The notes below the pieces were generated by a model. The model worked only from the letters and a program-made list of their open reading frames with translations. It had not been told where the DNA came from and ran no database searches. This document shows positions 30,546 to 41,514 of a stretch of 64,000 nucleotides of DNA, piece by piece. This DNA is from an uncultured Acidobacteriota bacterium (GTDB lineage Bacteria > Acidobacteriota > Terriglobia > UBA7540). The position numbers were made by a program, and so were the translations under genes. The stretch's first letter is position 1. Each line of letters begins with the position of its first letter. The stretch spans positions 140,150-204,149 of the forward strand of contig CAWHRX010000002.1 of the NCBI GenBank assembly GCA_963831905.1, read 5' to 3'.

Positions 30546-33059
30546 ATGGCCACGAAAGTTCTGACTGAAAACCGAAAGTTCCAGAGCGCTGATGCGGGCA
30601 ACGGTGGAAGCGGACGAGCCGCGCGCGGCCGCATCGGCAGCTCGCAGAAAGCGCAAGACACCGACTTGCTGCTGGTGTCTCAGGAAATTATGCGCCTGGT
30701 TGATGCGTCAAAAGAAGGCCGTCTTACCGAGCGCGGCAGGGCTGACCAGTTCGACGGCGTTCACCGCGAAATCGTACAAGGCATCAACGAAATGCTGGAT
30801 GCCATCCTGTTACCGATTGGCGAAGGCAACCGCGTACTGGCGCAAATCTCCAGCGGCAAGATCGACGAACTGATTGCCCAGACTTACCGGGGCGATCACG
30901 AGAAGATGAAGCAGGCGGTGAATAACGTTGCGGCGGTGCTGCAAGGGCTGCAGAAGGAATTGGTGCGCCTTATCGAGGCGTCGAAGGACGGGCAGCTCAG
31001 CGAGCGCGGCAAGCCGGAGCAGTTCCAGGGGGCGTTCGCGGAGATTGTGCGGGGCGTCAACACGATGCTGGATGCCATCCTGCTTCCCATTGGCGAAGGC
31101 AACCGCATACTGGCGCAAATCTCCAGCGGCAAGATCGACGAACTGATTGCTCAGACTTACCGGGGCGATCACGAAAAGATGAAGCAGGCGGTGAATAACG
31201 TTGCGGTGGTGCTGCAAGCGCTGCAAAAGGAATTGGGGCATCTCATCGAGGCCTCGAAGGACGGGCAGCTCAGCGAGCGCGGTAAGCCGGAGCAGTTCCG
31301 GGGAGCGTTCGCGGAGATTGTGCGAGGCGTGAACACGATGCTGGATGCCATCCTACTTCCCATTGGCGAAGGCAACCGCATACTGGCGCAAATCTCCAGC
31401 GGCAAGATCGACGAACTGATTGCCCAGACTTACCGGGGCGATCACGAGAAGATGAAGCAGGCGGTGAATAACGTTGCGGCGGTGCTGCAAGGGCTGCAAA
31501 AGGAATTGGGTCGTCTCATCGAGGCCTCGAAGGACGGGCAGCTCAGCGAGCGCGGCAAGCCGGAGCAGTTCCAGGGGGCGTTCGCGGAGATTGTGCGGGG
31601 CGTCAACACGATGCTGGATGCCATCCTGCTTCCCATTGGCGAAGGCAACCGCATACTGGCGCAAATCTCCAGCGGCAAGATCGACGAACTGATTGCCCAG
31701 ACTTACCGGGGCGATCACGAAAAGATGAAGCAGGCGGTGAATAACGTTGCGGTGGTGCTGCAAGGGCTGCAAAAGGAGTTGGTACGCCTCACCGACGCTT
31801 CCAAAGAGGGGCGGCTCGCCGAGCGGGGAAAGTTCGAGCTCTTCCAAGGCGCCTACGCTATCATCGTGCGCGGCGTCAACGGTATTCTGGATGCCGTCAT
31901 AACTCCGCTCAACGTGGCGGCCCAGTATGTGGACCGGATCAGTAAGGGCGACGTACCGCCGCAGATCACTGACACCTACCACGGCGACTTCAACAACATC
32001 AAAAACAACCTGAACACGCTGATCGTGGCGATGAACGACGTAACCAAGGCGGCGGAGGAGATTGCGAATGGCAATCTGACCGTAACCATCAAGGAGCGGT
32101 CGGCGGGGGACAAGCTGATGCAGGCGCTCAGTTCCATGGTGGCGGGCCTGACGCGCACGGTCTCAGACGTTCGCACCATCGCCGGCGAGGTGGCGTCGGC
32201 GAGCCAGGCCATCAGCACGGCTTCGGTGCAAGTGTCGAACGGAGCCAGCGCGCAGGCGGCCTCGGCGGAGGAAGCTTCCTCCTCGATGGAGCAGATGGTG
32301 TCCAACATCAAGCAGAACGCGGATAACGCCCAGCAGACCGATAAGATCGCGAACAAGTCGGCGAAGGACGCGCAGGAAAGCGGCAAGTCAGTGGCGGAGG
32401 CGGTAGCGGCGATGAAAGAGATTGCCAGCAAGATCTCGATCATTGAGGAAATCGCCCGGCAGACGAACCTCCTGGCGCTGAACGCCGCCATTGAAGCGGC
32501 ACGCGCCGGAGAACACGGGAAGGGATTTGCCGTGGTGGCGGCGGAAGTCCGCAAGCTCGCCGAACGCAGTCAGAAGGCGGCGGGCGAGATCAACCAACTC
32601 TCGGGCACGACGGTGAAGGTCTCGGAGAAGGCCGGGGAAATGCTCGAGAAGCTGGTGCCCGATATCCAGAAGACGGCGGAACTGGTGCAGGAAATCAGCG
32701 CCGCCAGCAAGGAACAGGATACGGGCGCCGAGCAGATCAACAAGGCGCTCCAGCAGCTTGAGAAGGTCATTCAACAAAACGCGTCAGCGTCGGAAGAGAT
32801 GGCTTCGACCACCGAGGAGTTGACCGGCCAGTCCGACCAGCTTGTCAGCGCCCTTGGATTCTTCCACATCGGCGACGAGAGGCAGGCTGCGTCGGCGCGG
32901 CCCGCCGGCCCCAAGCCCGCCAAGCGGGCCGAAGGCGCACCGGGAAAGCCTCCGAAGCCCAATGGCCAAGCCGCATTGAAAGCCGCCGCCAAGGCCGGAG
33001 TGAATGTCGCTCTCAGTGAAAAGGGCGATGACCTTGACAAGGAATTCGAGCGCTACTGA
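30546..33059 (+). CDS. soluble methyl-accepting chemotaxis protein with repeated helical modules
   Basis: Canonical tip [34 protein letters not shown]. No hydrophobic TM-length segment. The N-terminal half is built from 91-aa repeats. Confidence 0.9.
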   Translation: MATKVLTENRKFQSADAGNGGSGRAARGRIGSSQKAQDTDLLLVSQEIMRLVDASKEGRLTERGRADQFDGVHREIVQGINEMLDAILLPIGEGNRVLAQISSGKIDELIAQTYRGDHEKMKQAVNNVAAVLQGLQKELVRLIEASKDGQLSERGKPEQFQGAFAEIVRGVNTMLDAILLPIGEGNRILAQISSGKIDELIAQTYRGDHEKMKQAVNNVAVVLQALQKELGHLIEASKDGQLSERGKPEQFRGAFAEIVRGVNTMLDAILLPIGEGNRILAQISSGKIDELIAQTYRGDHEKMKQAVNNVAAVLQGLQKELGRLIEASKDGQLSERGKPEQFQGAFAEIVRGVNTMLDAILLPIGEGNRILAQISSGKIDELIAQTYRGDHEKMKQAVNNVAVVLQGLQKELVRLTDASKEGRLAERGKFELFQGAYAIIVRGVNGILDAVITPLNVAAQYVDRISKGDVPPQITDTYHGDFNNIKNNLNTLIVAMNDVTKAAEEIANGNLTVTIKERSAGDKLMQALSSMVAGLTRTVSDVRTIAGEVASASQAISTASVQVSNGASAQAASAEEASSSMEQMVSNIKQNADNAQQTDKIANKSAKDAQESGKSVAEAVAAMKEIASKISIIEEIARQTNLLALNAAIEAARAGEHGKGFAVVAAEVRKLAERSQKAAGEINQLSGTTVKVSEKAGEMLEKLVPDIQKTAELVQEISAASKEQDTGAEQINKALQQLEKVIQQNASASEEMASTTEELTGQSDQLVSALGFFHIGDERQAASARPAGPKPAKRAEGAPGKPPKPNGQAALKAAAKAGVNVALSEKGDDLDKEFERY
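30696..31787 (+). repeat. four in-frame tandem 273-bp units inside the MCP gene
   Basis: The marker CGAAGGCAAC recurs at 30821, 31094, 31367 and 31640, a period of exactly 273. Antisense shadow ORFs repeat with the same period. Confidence 0.95.
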
Positions 33060-33120
33060 CGGGATGGGCGCGCACTGCCGCCGGTCCGCGCCCGCCGACA
33101 GAATGCGAAAGGAGCTGATT

Positions 33121-33633
33121 ATGAGCGTGAGTGAAATAACTGAGACACGGCAGTATCTGACCTTCAAGCTGGGCAACGAGGTTTTCGCCACCGACGTCGC
33201 GAAGGTGAGGGAGGTGCTTGATTTCACGACCATCACGGCTATTCCCAGGACGCCCGAGTTCATGAGCGGGGTCATCAACCTGCGGGGCAGCGTGGTTCCC
33301 GTGGTGGATTTCCGCCTCTGTTTCGGAATGTCGAAGACCGAGCGGACCCGGAATACGTGCATCGTCGTTGTGGAAGTGGTGCTGGACAACGAATCAACCG
33401 TGATCGGCGCGCTGGCCGATTCCGTCGAGGAGGTGATCGATCTCGAACCGGAACAGATTCAACCGGCGCCCAGGATCGGGACCCAGATTCGGACCGATTT
33501 CATCAAGGGGATGGGAAAGCGAGACACGCAGTTCATCATGATCTTGGATATCGATCGGGTCTTCTCGACCGAGGAGTTGGCAGCGGTGCGGGCGCCGGAC
33601 GGCGGCAAAGCGCTTGCTGAAGTAGCCGCTTGA
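33121..33633 (+). CDS. cheW: chemotaxis coupling protein CheW
   Basis: ATG 33121 is preceded by AGGAG. It has QYLTFKLGNEVFATDVAKVREVL. Confidence 0.9.
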   Translation: MSVSEITETRQYLTFKLGNEVFATDVAKVREVLDFTTITAIPRTPEFMSGVINLRGSVVPVVDFRLCFGMSKTERTRNTCIVVVEVVLDNESTVIGALADSVEEVIDLEPEQIQPAPRIGTQIRTDFIKGMGKRDTQFIMILDIDRVFSTEELAAVRAPDGGKALAEVAA

Positions 33634-33670
33634 CGGAGGGGGGTGGAGAGGGGGCCGCCCTGTCCCTTGC

Positions 33671-34528
33671 ATGAGCCATCATGAGGCAACGATCTCGAAC
33701 GCGGACTTTGGCCGGCTTCGCCGCTTGATCTACGAAGAGTCGGGCATCAACCTGAATTCCGATAAGAAGACGATGCTCGAGCTTCGCATCAAGCGGCGAA
33801 TGCGGACCCTCAATTTGAATTCGTACGCGGAGTATTGTGAGTATCTGTTCGGGAGCCGTGGGCAAAAAGAGGAGGTCGTACACCTAATTGACGTTGTCAC
33901 CACGAATAAGACCGATTTCTTTCGCGAGCCGGCGCACTTCGAGCTTTTGGTGCAACGAGTTATTCCGGATGTCTGGACGGGGAGCCAGAGCGGCGGGGAA
34001 CTGTCGGTCTGGAGCGCGGCCTGCTCGACCGGCGAGGAGCCTTACACGCTGGCGATGGTGCTCAGTGAGTACGCGTCAGCGCATCCCGGGTTTCGCTTCC
34101 GAATTCTGGCGACGGATGTCTCCATGACCGTGCTGGCAAAGGCAAAGCTGGGAGTTTACAGCCTGGAAGCGGCGGGCCCCGTCTCGCGCAACCTGCAGCG
34201 AAAGTACTTCATGCGTAGCCGCGATCCAGAATCCGAATCGGTGCGGGTGGTTCCGGAACTGCGGCGACTCGTGGAGTTTCGGCGGCTGAACTTCATGGAT
34301 GAAGACTTCTGCCTGGCGCAGAAGGCCGAAGTCATCTTCTGCCGGAACGTGCTGATCTATTTCGATCGGCCAACCCAGGAGAAGTTCCTGCAAAAGCTGA
34401 CACGGTACCTTCTGCCTGGGGGCTATGTTTTTGTCGGCCACGCGGAGACCTTGCACGAAATGAATATCCCGCTCGTGGCCGTTGCGCCGACCCTTTATAG
34501 GAAAGTCGATGTTCGACACCGAAATTGA
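33671..34528 (+). CDS. cheR: chemotaxis protein methyltransferase CheR
   Basis: It has TNKTDFFRE and VWSAACSTGEEPYTLAM. Confidence 0.9.
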   Translation: MSHHEATISNADFGRLRRLIYEESGINLNSDKKTMLELRIKRRMRTLNLNSYAEYCEYLFGSRGQKEEVVHLIDVVTTNKTDFFREPAHFELLVQRVIPDVWTGSQSGGELSVWSAACSTGEEPYTLAMVLSEYASAHPGFRFRILATDVSMTVLAKAKLGVYSLEAAGPVSRNLQRKYFMRSRDPESESVRVVPELRRLVEFRRLNFMDEDFCLAQKAEVIFCRNVLIYFDRPTQEKFLQKLTRYLLPGGYVFVGHAETLHEMNIPLVAVAPTLYRKVDVRHRN

Positions 34529-35036
34529 ACTGGCGGAGGTATACCTGCAACCTGGGGAAGCCTATCTGGCCCGGAAGCCGACCATTATCCGAACGCTTCT
34601 AGGTTCCTGCGTGGGGGTCACCTTCTGGAGTCCCAGGCTCGGCTGTGGAGCCCTTTGCCACGCTCTGCTGCCGAGATGCCCCAAGAACCCGCGCCACGGC
34701 ATTACACTTGCGGACGGCTATCGCTTCGTCGATTTCTCGATTCGTGAACTGGGGCGGAAGTTCGACAAACTCGGGGCGTTGCGCGGAGAGGTGGAAGTCA
34801 AGCTGTTCGGCGGCTCTGACGTTCTTCCCGTCAGCCATGCAGTGACACGGCCGGCGACGGTAGGCAAGCAGAATTGTGAGGTTGCGATGGAAGCAGTGGA
34901 AGCCGAAGGGTTCCAGTTGGTGGCCTCGAGCCTGGGCGGCACGCGCGGCCGCAACATTCAATTCAACACCGGAACCGGTGAAGTGCGCCTCCGCTGGTTG
35001 TCGCGTGCGGTTTTGGAACGGAGTTTCGAGCGATGA
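34509..35036 (+). CDS. cheD: chemoreceptor glutamine deamidase CheD
   Basis: ATG 34509 overlaps the end of cheR. It has LGSCVGVTFW...GALCHALLP with the catalytic Cys/His pattern. Confidence 0.85.
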   Translation: MFDTEIELAEVYLQPGEAYLARKPTIIRTLLGSCVGVTFWSPRLGCGALCHALLPRCPKNPRHGITLADGYRFVDFSIRELGRKFDKLGALRGEVEVKLFGGSDVLPVSHAVTRPATVGKQNCEVAMEAVEAEGFQLVASSLGGTRGRNIQFNTGTGEVRLRWLSRAVLERSFER

Positions 35037-35184
35037 CGACGTCGGGTGCTTCGAAACGAGATGGCCGGCGCCCGGTGCGGCGCGGCGGAAGCCTCTCGAC
35101 TGGGGTCGCGCGAGCATTCTGGTTCCCCGGCGGTCGGAGGGTGGCTGCCCTCCGCGAGCGCGCCGCGGCGGCGCGCGTTCATGA

Positions 35185-36270
<1,086 letters not shown>

Positions 36271-36349
36271 GGTGGGACGTCAGGAGTGGAATCGTTCCTA
36301 GGATGGGTCGCCGAACGGAAGTTCGAAATGAGAAGCGGAACCAGTCGCG

Positions 36350-38089
36350 ATGAATGGGGATCGTAGAACCGAGGTCATCGAAGTGCTGAGGCGCGCCAAA
36401 GATGAGCTTGCGACGCTGGGGCGCACGGCTGCAACTGAGATCGAGTCGGTGGTGAGAGCCTTCGAAAACATTGCGGGTCACGCGGAGACCATTCTGAGTT
36501 TAGCCGGCGCGATTGTGGGCTGCGTGGAGGGCGAAAGCGTAAACTCGGTCTTGCCCAAGGTGCAAACCCTGGGAGCGACTGCCAAGCAGTGCATTGGAGA
36601 GCGTGTGCAGGCGACAGCCAGGATTCTGGAGGCGGTGTCGATGGAAGGACGAGTTCTGAGGCAACTCTCGGAGGTCACTCGCGGCCAGGAGGCGATCGCT
36701 CTCGAGACCAGGGCTCTGAGCATTCTCACCAACGTCGAGGTGGCTCGATTGGGAGCGGAAGGCGAAGGTTTCGAGTATCTGGCGCGCGAGTTGGCCGGCT
36801 TCTCGAAATCGGTGGCCGAGGATACACACGAAATCGCCTGCCACAGGGACGCCCACGCGGTGGCCGTCGAGGAAACCCGTCGTGTCCTGACCAGCGAACT
36901 TCCCCGCCTGCGCAAGGAGTTTGCCCGTATGGAAGAGGCTTTGGGCGAGGCGTTATCGGCGGTCACCTCCGCCCTGGAACGGCTTTCCAGGACGCCGCTG
37001 CGTTTTCGGGAGTGTGTGAAGGACGTCGCCCGCGAGATCGCCGGGGTGGTGACGGCCATTCAGGCTCACGACATCACACGCCAGCAAATCGAGCATGTGC
37101 AGGAGGCACTTACGCTGATCGCAGCGAGAGTGAGCGGGGCCGGAGACCAGGAGGACGGGCCGGCCAATGAGCTGGGAACTGCCTACGCCGGGCTAACCAT
37201 CCAGGCTTATCAGTTGCGATCGAGCAGAGAAACCGTGGCCGGTTGGGCGGCGCAGATCCGCACTTGCATCGAGGGAATCCTGAAGGTGAGCGCTTCCGAG
37301 GTAGTGGGGATCGGGCCCGCGGTGCTGGAAGGGGAACGGAACATCTCCGCGGAGCTTGCGCACATCGAAAAGCTGGAACGCGACAGTCTGGCTTACAGTG
37401 AAAACATCCAGCGCACCTTTGGCGGGCTCGCCAGCCTCGTGCAACTGGTGAGCGACCACCTGAAAAGGTCAACGTCCATCCGCGATCACTTGCAACTTCT
37501 CACCTTCAACTCGATTATCGAGGCCAACCGGTTGGGCAGGCGGGCCGCGGCGATATTGGCGATCGCCAACAGCATTAAAGATATCTCGGCCGGATGGGCC
37601 CAGGTTACCTCGCAGTCCGAACACTCCATGCAGGAGGTCAAAAGCCTGGAGCAGGGGACAGGTGAATTGATGGGGGTGTTTTCCGCGGCCCGGAACGCAC
37701 AACTGAGGGAAGCGCAGAAGGAAACGGGCTCGGGCCTGGAAGCCTTACGAGCCGCCGCCGACTTCGCGGCCAGGCAGGCGCAGGAGACACAAGGCTCCAC
37801 GGAGAAAATGCAGGCCGAGACCTCGGAGGTCGAGCGGAGTGTCGGTCTTTTTGACTCGTGTTTCAGCCGCATCGATGCAGTCGTGAACGAAATAGAAGGC
37901 TTAAGGCGGGAGTGGGAGACGAACAAACCCGATGTGAAAACGTGTTACAACGTCGGACAAGTGGAAGAGTTGTTCGGGTCATCGTACACCACGGAAACGG
38001 AGCGCGCCGTGCTGCGCGCTGCCCTGGCCGGCGAACCCCTGCCGGTGGCGAAGTCATCGTTTGAAGGGAACAGTGTCGAACTTTTTTAA
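36350..38089 (+). CDS. soluble MCP-signalling-domain-like protein with two degenerate hairpin-tip motifs
   Basis: aa 120-154 (TRALSILTNVEVARLGAEGEGFEYLARELAGFSKS) and aa 381-413 (LQLLTFNSIIEANRLGRRAAAILAIANSIKDIS) both align without gaps to the MCP tip signature. No TM segment. Confidence 0.6.
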   Translation: MNGDRRTEVIEVLRRAKDELATLGRTAATEIESVVRAFENIAGHAETILSLAGAIVGCVEGESVNSVLPKVQTLGATAKQCIGERVQATARILEAVSMEGRVLRQLSEVTRGQEAIALETRALSILTNVEVARLGAEGEGFEYLARELAGFSKSVAEDTHEIACHRDAHAVAVEETRRVLTSELPRLRKEFARMEEALGEALSAVTSALERLSRTPLRFRECVKDVAREIAGVVTAIQAHDITRQQIEHVQEALTLIAARVSGAGDQEDGPANELGTAYAGLTIQAYQLRSSRETVAGWAAQIRTCIEGILKVSASEVVGIGPAVLEGERNISAELAHIEKLERDSLAYSENIQRTFGGLASLVQLVSDHLKRSTSIRDHLQLLTFNSIIEANRLGRRAAAILAIANSIKDISAGWAQVTSQSEHSMQEVKSLEQGTGELMGVFSAARNAQLREAQKETGSGLEALRAAADFAARQAQETQGSTEKMQAETSEVERSVGLFDSCFSRIDAVVNEIEGLRREWETNKPDVKTCYNVGQVEELFGSSYTTETERAVLRAALAGEPLPVAKSSFEGNSVELF

Positions 38090-38196
38090 ACCGTGCCTGG
38101 CCTTCGTCAGAAGGGTTTTACGCCGCCCTGGCCGCGCAAGGGAACGTATTCGGCTAGCGCAGCCCGCCAGTCGGGCCCTGAGGGTTGAAGGTCACG

Positions 38197-38559
38197 ATGA
38201 AACGAATCTTAGCCGTGGATGATTCCGCCAGCATCCGGCAGATGGTCGGCTTCACCCTGCGCCAAGCCGGGTACGACGTGGCCGGTGCGGTCGACGGTCA
38301 GGACGCCCTTGGCCAGGTCGGGAAAGAGAAGTTTGATCTGATCATTACCGATCTTAATATGCCCAATGTAGATGGCATTCAACTGATTACGGCCGTCCGT
38401 AAACTTCCGGGGTGCTCGTTTGTGCCTATCCTTATGTTGACCACAGAGTCGCAAGCGGAAAAAAAGGACGCAGGACGGAAGGCCGGCGCCACCGGATGGA
38501 TCGTGAAGCCGTTTAATGCCGATCAGTTGATTGCCGTGGTGAAGAAACTGGTGAAATAG
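38197..38559 (+). CDS. cheY: CheY-like response regulator
   Basis: ATG 38197 (MKRILAVDDS). It has ITDLNMPNVDG, LMLTTES and KP. Confidence 0.85.
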   Translation: MKRILAVDDSASIRQMVGFTLRQAGYDVAGAVDGQDALGQVGKEKFDLIITDLNMPNVDGIQLITAVRKLPGCSFVPILMLTTESQAEKKDAGRKAGATGWIVKPFNADQLIAVVKKLVK

Positions 38560-38599
38560 GGAGGGAGTAAACGCCGCGAAGGAACGTGCGGGAGAAAGG

Positions 38600-38989
38600 T
38601 CATTGACCCTCTGGCCCCGTCTTTCGGCGCTTCGGCGAGGGCGGACGGCTTGGTGAGCCGGCCGTCACAAATTTGTAGGCCATTCCGAGCAAGTCCCGCA
38701 GCACCTCCCGGTCCACGCGCGAGAGGCGAACCAGAACCGCGTTGTAGCCAACGTAATGGTCCGTCAGGTAGTAAACATCGGGCGCCTCAGCAAGCAACCC
38801 GGCGCGGTCGTCGAAACCCACGCGAACGACAATCGAATCAGGCTCTGCCGAGCGGTTTGCCGGCAGGCAAGCCAGGAGCTTTCCACGGACCTTGAGCGCC
38901 GGAAGCCCGTAGGCGGTGCTCGCTTCTACGCCGGGCAACTCCAGCCCTATTTGACGAACGGTTTCGAAATCGATACTGCGTCTGGGCAT
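38600..38989 (-). CDS. MmcQ/YjbR-family protein
   Basis: From ATG 38989 (MPRRSIDFETV...LPGVEAST.YG.PALKVRGKLLA). The longer ORF reaching 39358 overlaps the peroxiredoxin gene start on the opposite strand. Confidence 0.5.
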   Translation of the reverse strand: MPRRSIDFETVRQIGLELPGVEASTAYGLPALKVRGKLLACLPANRSAEPDSIVVRVGFDDRAGLLAEAPDVYYLTDHYVGYNAVLVRLSRVDREVLRDLLGMAYKFVTAGSPSRPPSPKRRKTGPEGQ

Positions 38990-39218
38990 TGGTCTGCGCG
39001 TTTTCCCCGGAACCCGCTGGTCCTCTCTGTAAGTCGATAGGACTGCCATTATCCGCGAGAATCGGAATCCGTTCAACACAAGCTGCAAAAAGCGGAGGCG
39101 GGCCTGCTCTCTCGGACAACTGCCAGTCGGGAATAGCGGTTGACAGGACGAAAAGTCCGCGCCTAGAATGCCCTGAAGGGTTAAGCCTGAAAATTCAATT
39201 CCCTGCGAGGAGGTCACT

Positions 39219-39878
39219 ATGTCACTCCGTATCAATGACACGGCCCCGGATTTTGTGGCTGAAACAACCCAGGGCCCCATCCGGTTCCACGAATGGATCG
39301 GTGACGGCTGGGCTATCCTGTTCTCCCATCCCAAGGACTTCACTCCGGTGTGCACCACCGAATTAGGCTATATGGCGGGCTTAGAGCCGGAATTCCAGAA
39401 GCGCAACTGCAAGATTATCGGGCTCAGCGTTGACCCGGTCTCGAGCCACGGCAAGTGGGCCGTGGACATCGAAGAGACTCAGGGTCACAAGGTAAATTAT
39501 CCGATGATCGGCGACCCGCAGCTCAAAATTGCCAGGCTTTATGACATGCTGCCGGCGGAGGCGGGCGAAACCTGCGAGGGACGCACGCCGGCGGACAACG
39601 CCACGGTGCGTACCGTGTTCGTGATCGGTCCGGACAAGAAAATCAAGTTGATGCTCGTTTATCCGATGAGCACGGGCCGCAACTTCGACGAAGTCGTGCG
39701 CGTCCTCGATTCCATTCAGCTCACGTCCAAGCACAAAGTCTCTACCCCTGTGAACTGGAAACAAGGCGAAGAGGTCATCATCTCGGGTGCGGTCTCGAAC
39801 GACGAAGCCAAACGGATCTACCCCGGGGGTTGGAAGGCGCCCAGGCCCTATCTGCGAATCGTCCCCCAGCCGAAATAG
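39219..39878 (+). CDS. 1-Cys peroxiredoxin (Prx6-like)
   Basis: It has DFTPVCTTELG and is 219 aa. Confidence 0.85.
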   Translation: MSLRINDTAPDFVAETTQGPIRFHEWIGDGWAILFSHPKDFTPVCTTELGYMAGLEPEFQKRNCKIIGLSVDPVSSHGKWAVDIEETQGHKVNYPMIGDPQLKIARLYDMLPAEAGETCEGRTPADNATVRTVFVIGPDKKIKLMLVYPMSTGRNFDEVVRVLDSIQLTSKHKVSTPVNWKQGEEVIISGAVSNDEAKRIYPGGWKAPRPYLRIVPQPK

Positions 39879-40024
39879 AATCAAAACCGGGTCTTTGCCG
39901 GGGTCAGATGTCGGAAACGCTGAAGGGGTAGGCGGTCTTCGAGCGGGGTGCCGCGTCCGGAGACGCCGTTGCGATCGAATTAGCCTTTGCCTTTGTAGCT
40001 CCGGACAAACGTGGAATTCTGTCT

Positions 40025-41425
40025 ATGATTCTGAAGCAGTACTACCTTGGCTGCCTGGCCCACGCTTCCTATCTGCTGGGAGACGAGGCTAGCTCGACGG
40101 CCATCATCGTGGATCCTCAGCGCGACGTCCAGCGGTACCTCGACGAAGCCGAGAGATGTCATCTTCAGATCCGCCACGTCTTCCTCAGCCACTTCCACGC
40201 CGACTTTGTCGCGGGCCACCTGGAGTTGCGCGACCGTTGCGGCGCAACCATCCATCTTGGCTCCCGCGCCGAGGCGGAATACGCCTTTACGCGGATGAAC
40301 GACGGCGACACGCTGGAGTTCCCTGGGCTGCGCCTGCAAGTGGTGGCGACTCCCGGCCACACCATCGAGTCAATCTCCATCCTGGTGTTCGATCTTGAGA
40401 AGGATGGGACAAAGCCGTTCGCCGTCCTCACGGGTGATACGCTGTTTATCGGGGACGTTGGCCGCCCTGATCTCCGGGCGTCGCTCGGGTGGAGCGCCAA
40501 CGAACTCGGCGCTCACCTTTACGACTCGCTGCACAACAAACTCCTGGCACTTCCAGATGAGACGCTCGTCTACCCCGCTCACGGTTCGGGCTCGCTGTGC
40601 GGAAAAAATCTTTCCTCGGACACCGTTTCCACGCTGGGAGTCCAAAGGCGCATGAACTACGCGCTCCAGCCCATGACGAAAGAGGAATTCATTCGCCTAG
40701 TCACGGCGGATCAGCCGGACGCTCCCCCGTATTTCAGCTTCGACGCTGTTCTCAACACTCGCGAGCGTGCCCAGCTAGATAAGAATCTCGAGCAAGTCCT
40801 CCGCCCCATTGAGCTGGACGAAGTCGTGCGACTGGGAGATACCGGGGCTCAGATTCTCGACGTCCGCGATCCCCTCGAGTACGCCAAGAATCATCTTGCC
40901 GGCAGTATCAACATCGGCCTCGGCGGCCAGTACGCCACGTGGGCAGGCACAGTCCTCGACCGAGCCAAGCTCATCGTGATCATCGCCGCGCCCGGACGCG
41001 AGCATGAGGCCGCGCTGCGCTTGGGCCGCATCGGTTTCGATCACGTCGGAGGCTACCTCAAGGGAGGGATGGAAGCGCTGGCCGGCCGGCCGGACCTGGT
41101 GTGGCAAACGGAGCAAGTGAGCCCGCTCGTGGCGGCAGAGGAACTGGCGAGTGCCGAGGCTCCCCTGGTGCTGGATATCAGAACTCCCCGTGAGTGGTCA
41201 ACCAAGCACATTGCCGGAAGCGTGAACATCCCGCTCAACCACCTGCAGGAGCGCATCGCCGAAATCCCCCGCGACCGCCGCATCGCAGTGCATTGCGCGG
41301 GAGGTTATCGCTCCTCGATTGCGGCCAGCATCCTGCACCAGTACGGGATCACGAGTCTGATTGAGATGGCAGGCGGCCTCGCCGCCTGGGAGGCCGCTAA
41401 ACTTCCCCTGGCTTCCGAAAGATAG
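40025..41425 (+). CDS. MBL-fold hydrolase fused to two rhodanese domains (persulfide dioxygenase-sulfurtransferase-like)
   Basis: HFHADFVAGH metal motif. The C-terminal rhodanese domains include the active-site loop CAGGYRS. Confidence 0.75.
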   Translation: MILKQYYLGCLAHASYLLGDEASSTAIIVDPQRDVQRYLDEAERCHLQIRHVFLSHFHADFVAGHLELRDRCGATIHLGSRAEAEYAFTRMNDGDTLEFPGLRLQVVATPGHTIESISILVFDLEKDGTKPFAVLTGDTLFIGDVGRPDLRASLGWSANELGAHLYDSLHNKLLALPDETLVYPAHGSGSLCGKNLSSDTVSTLGVQRRMNYALQPMTKEEFIRLVTADQPDAPPYFSFDAVLNTRERAQLDKNLEQVLRPIELDEVVRLGDTGAQILDVRDPLEYAKNHLAGSINIGLGGQYATWAGTVLDRAKLIVIIAAPGREHEAALRLGRIGFDHVGGYLKGGMEALAGRPDLVWQTEQVSPLVAAEELASAEAPLVLDIRTPREWSTKHIAGSVNIPLNHLQERIAEIPRDRRIAVHCAGGYRSSIAASILHQYGITSLIEMAGGLAAWEAAKLPLASER

Positions 41426-41514
41426 CCGGGCCAACTCTCCAACCCCACCGCAAAAGGGCGACCCAGACACTTTCACCGAACGGAAAATTCGCGATGGAGA
41501 GACGCTAGAGTCCT

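Noticed and set aside
38990-39358. N-terminal 123 codons of ORF 38600..39358
   Set aside because: This part lies opposite the peroxiredoxin promoter and the first 140 nt of its coding sequence. The recognisable MmcQ/YjbR-like sequence begins at the internal ATG 38989.
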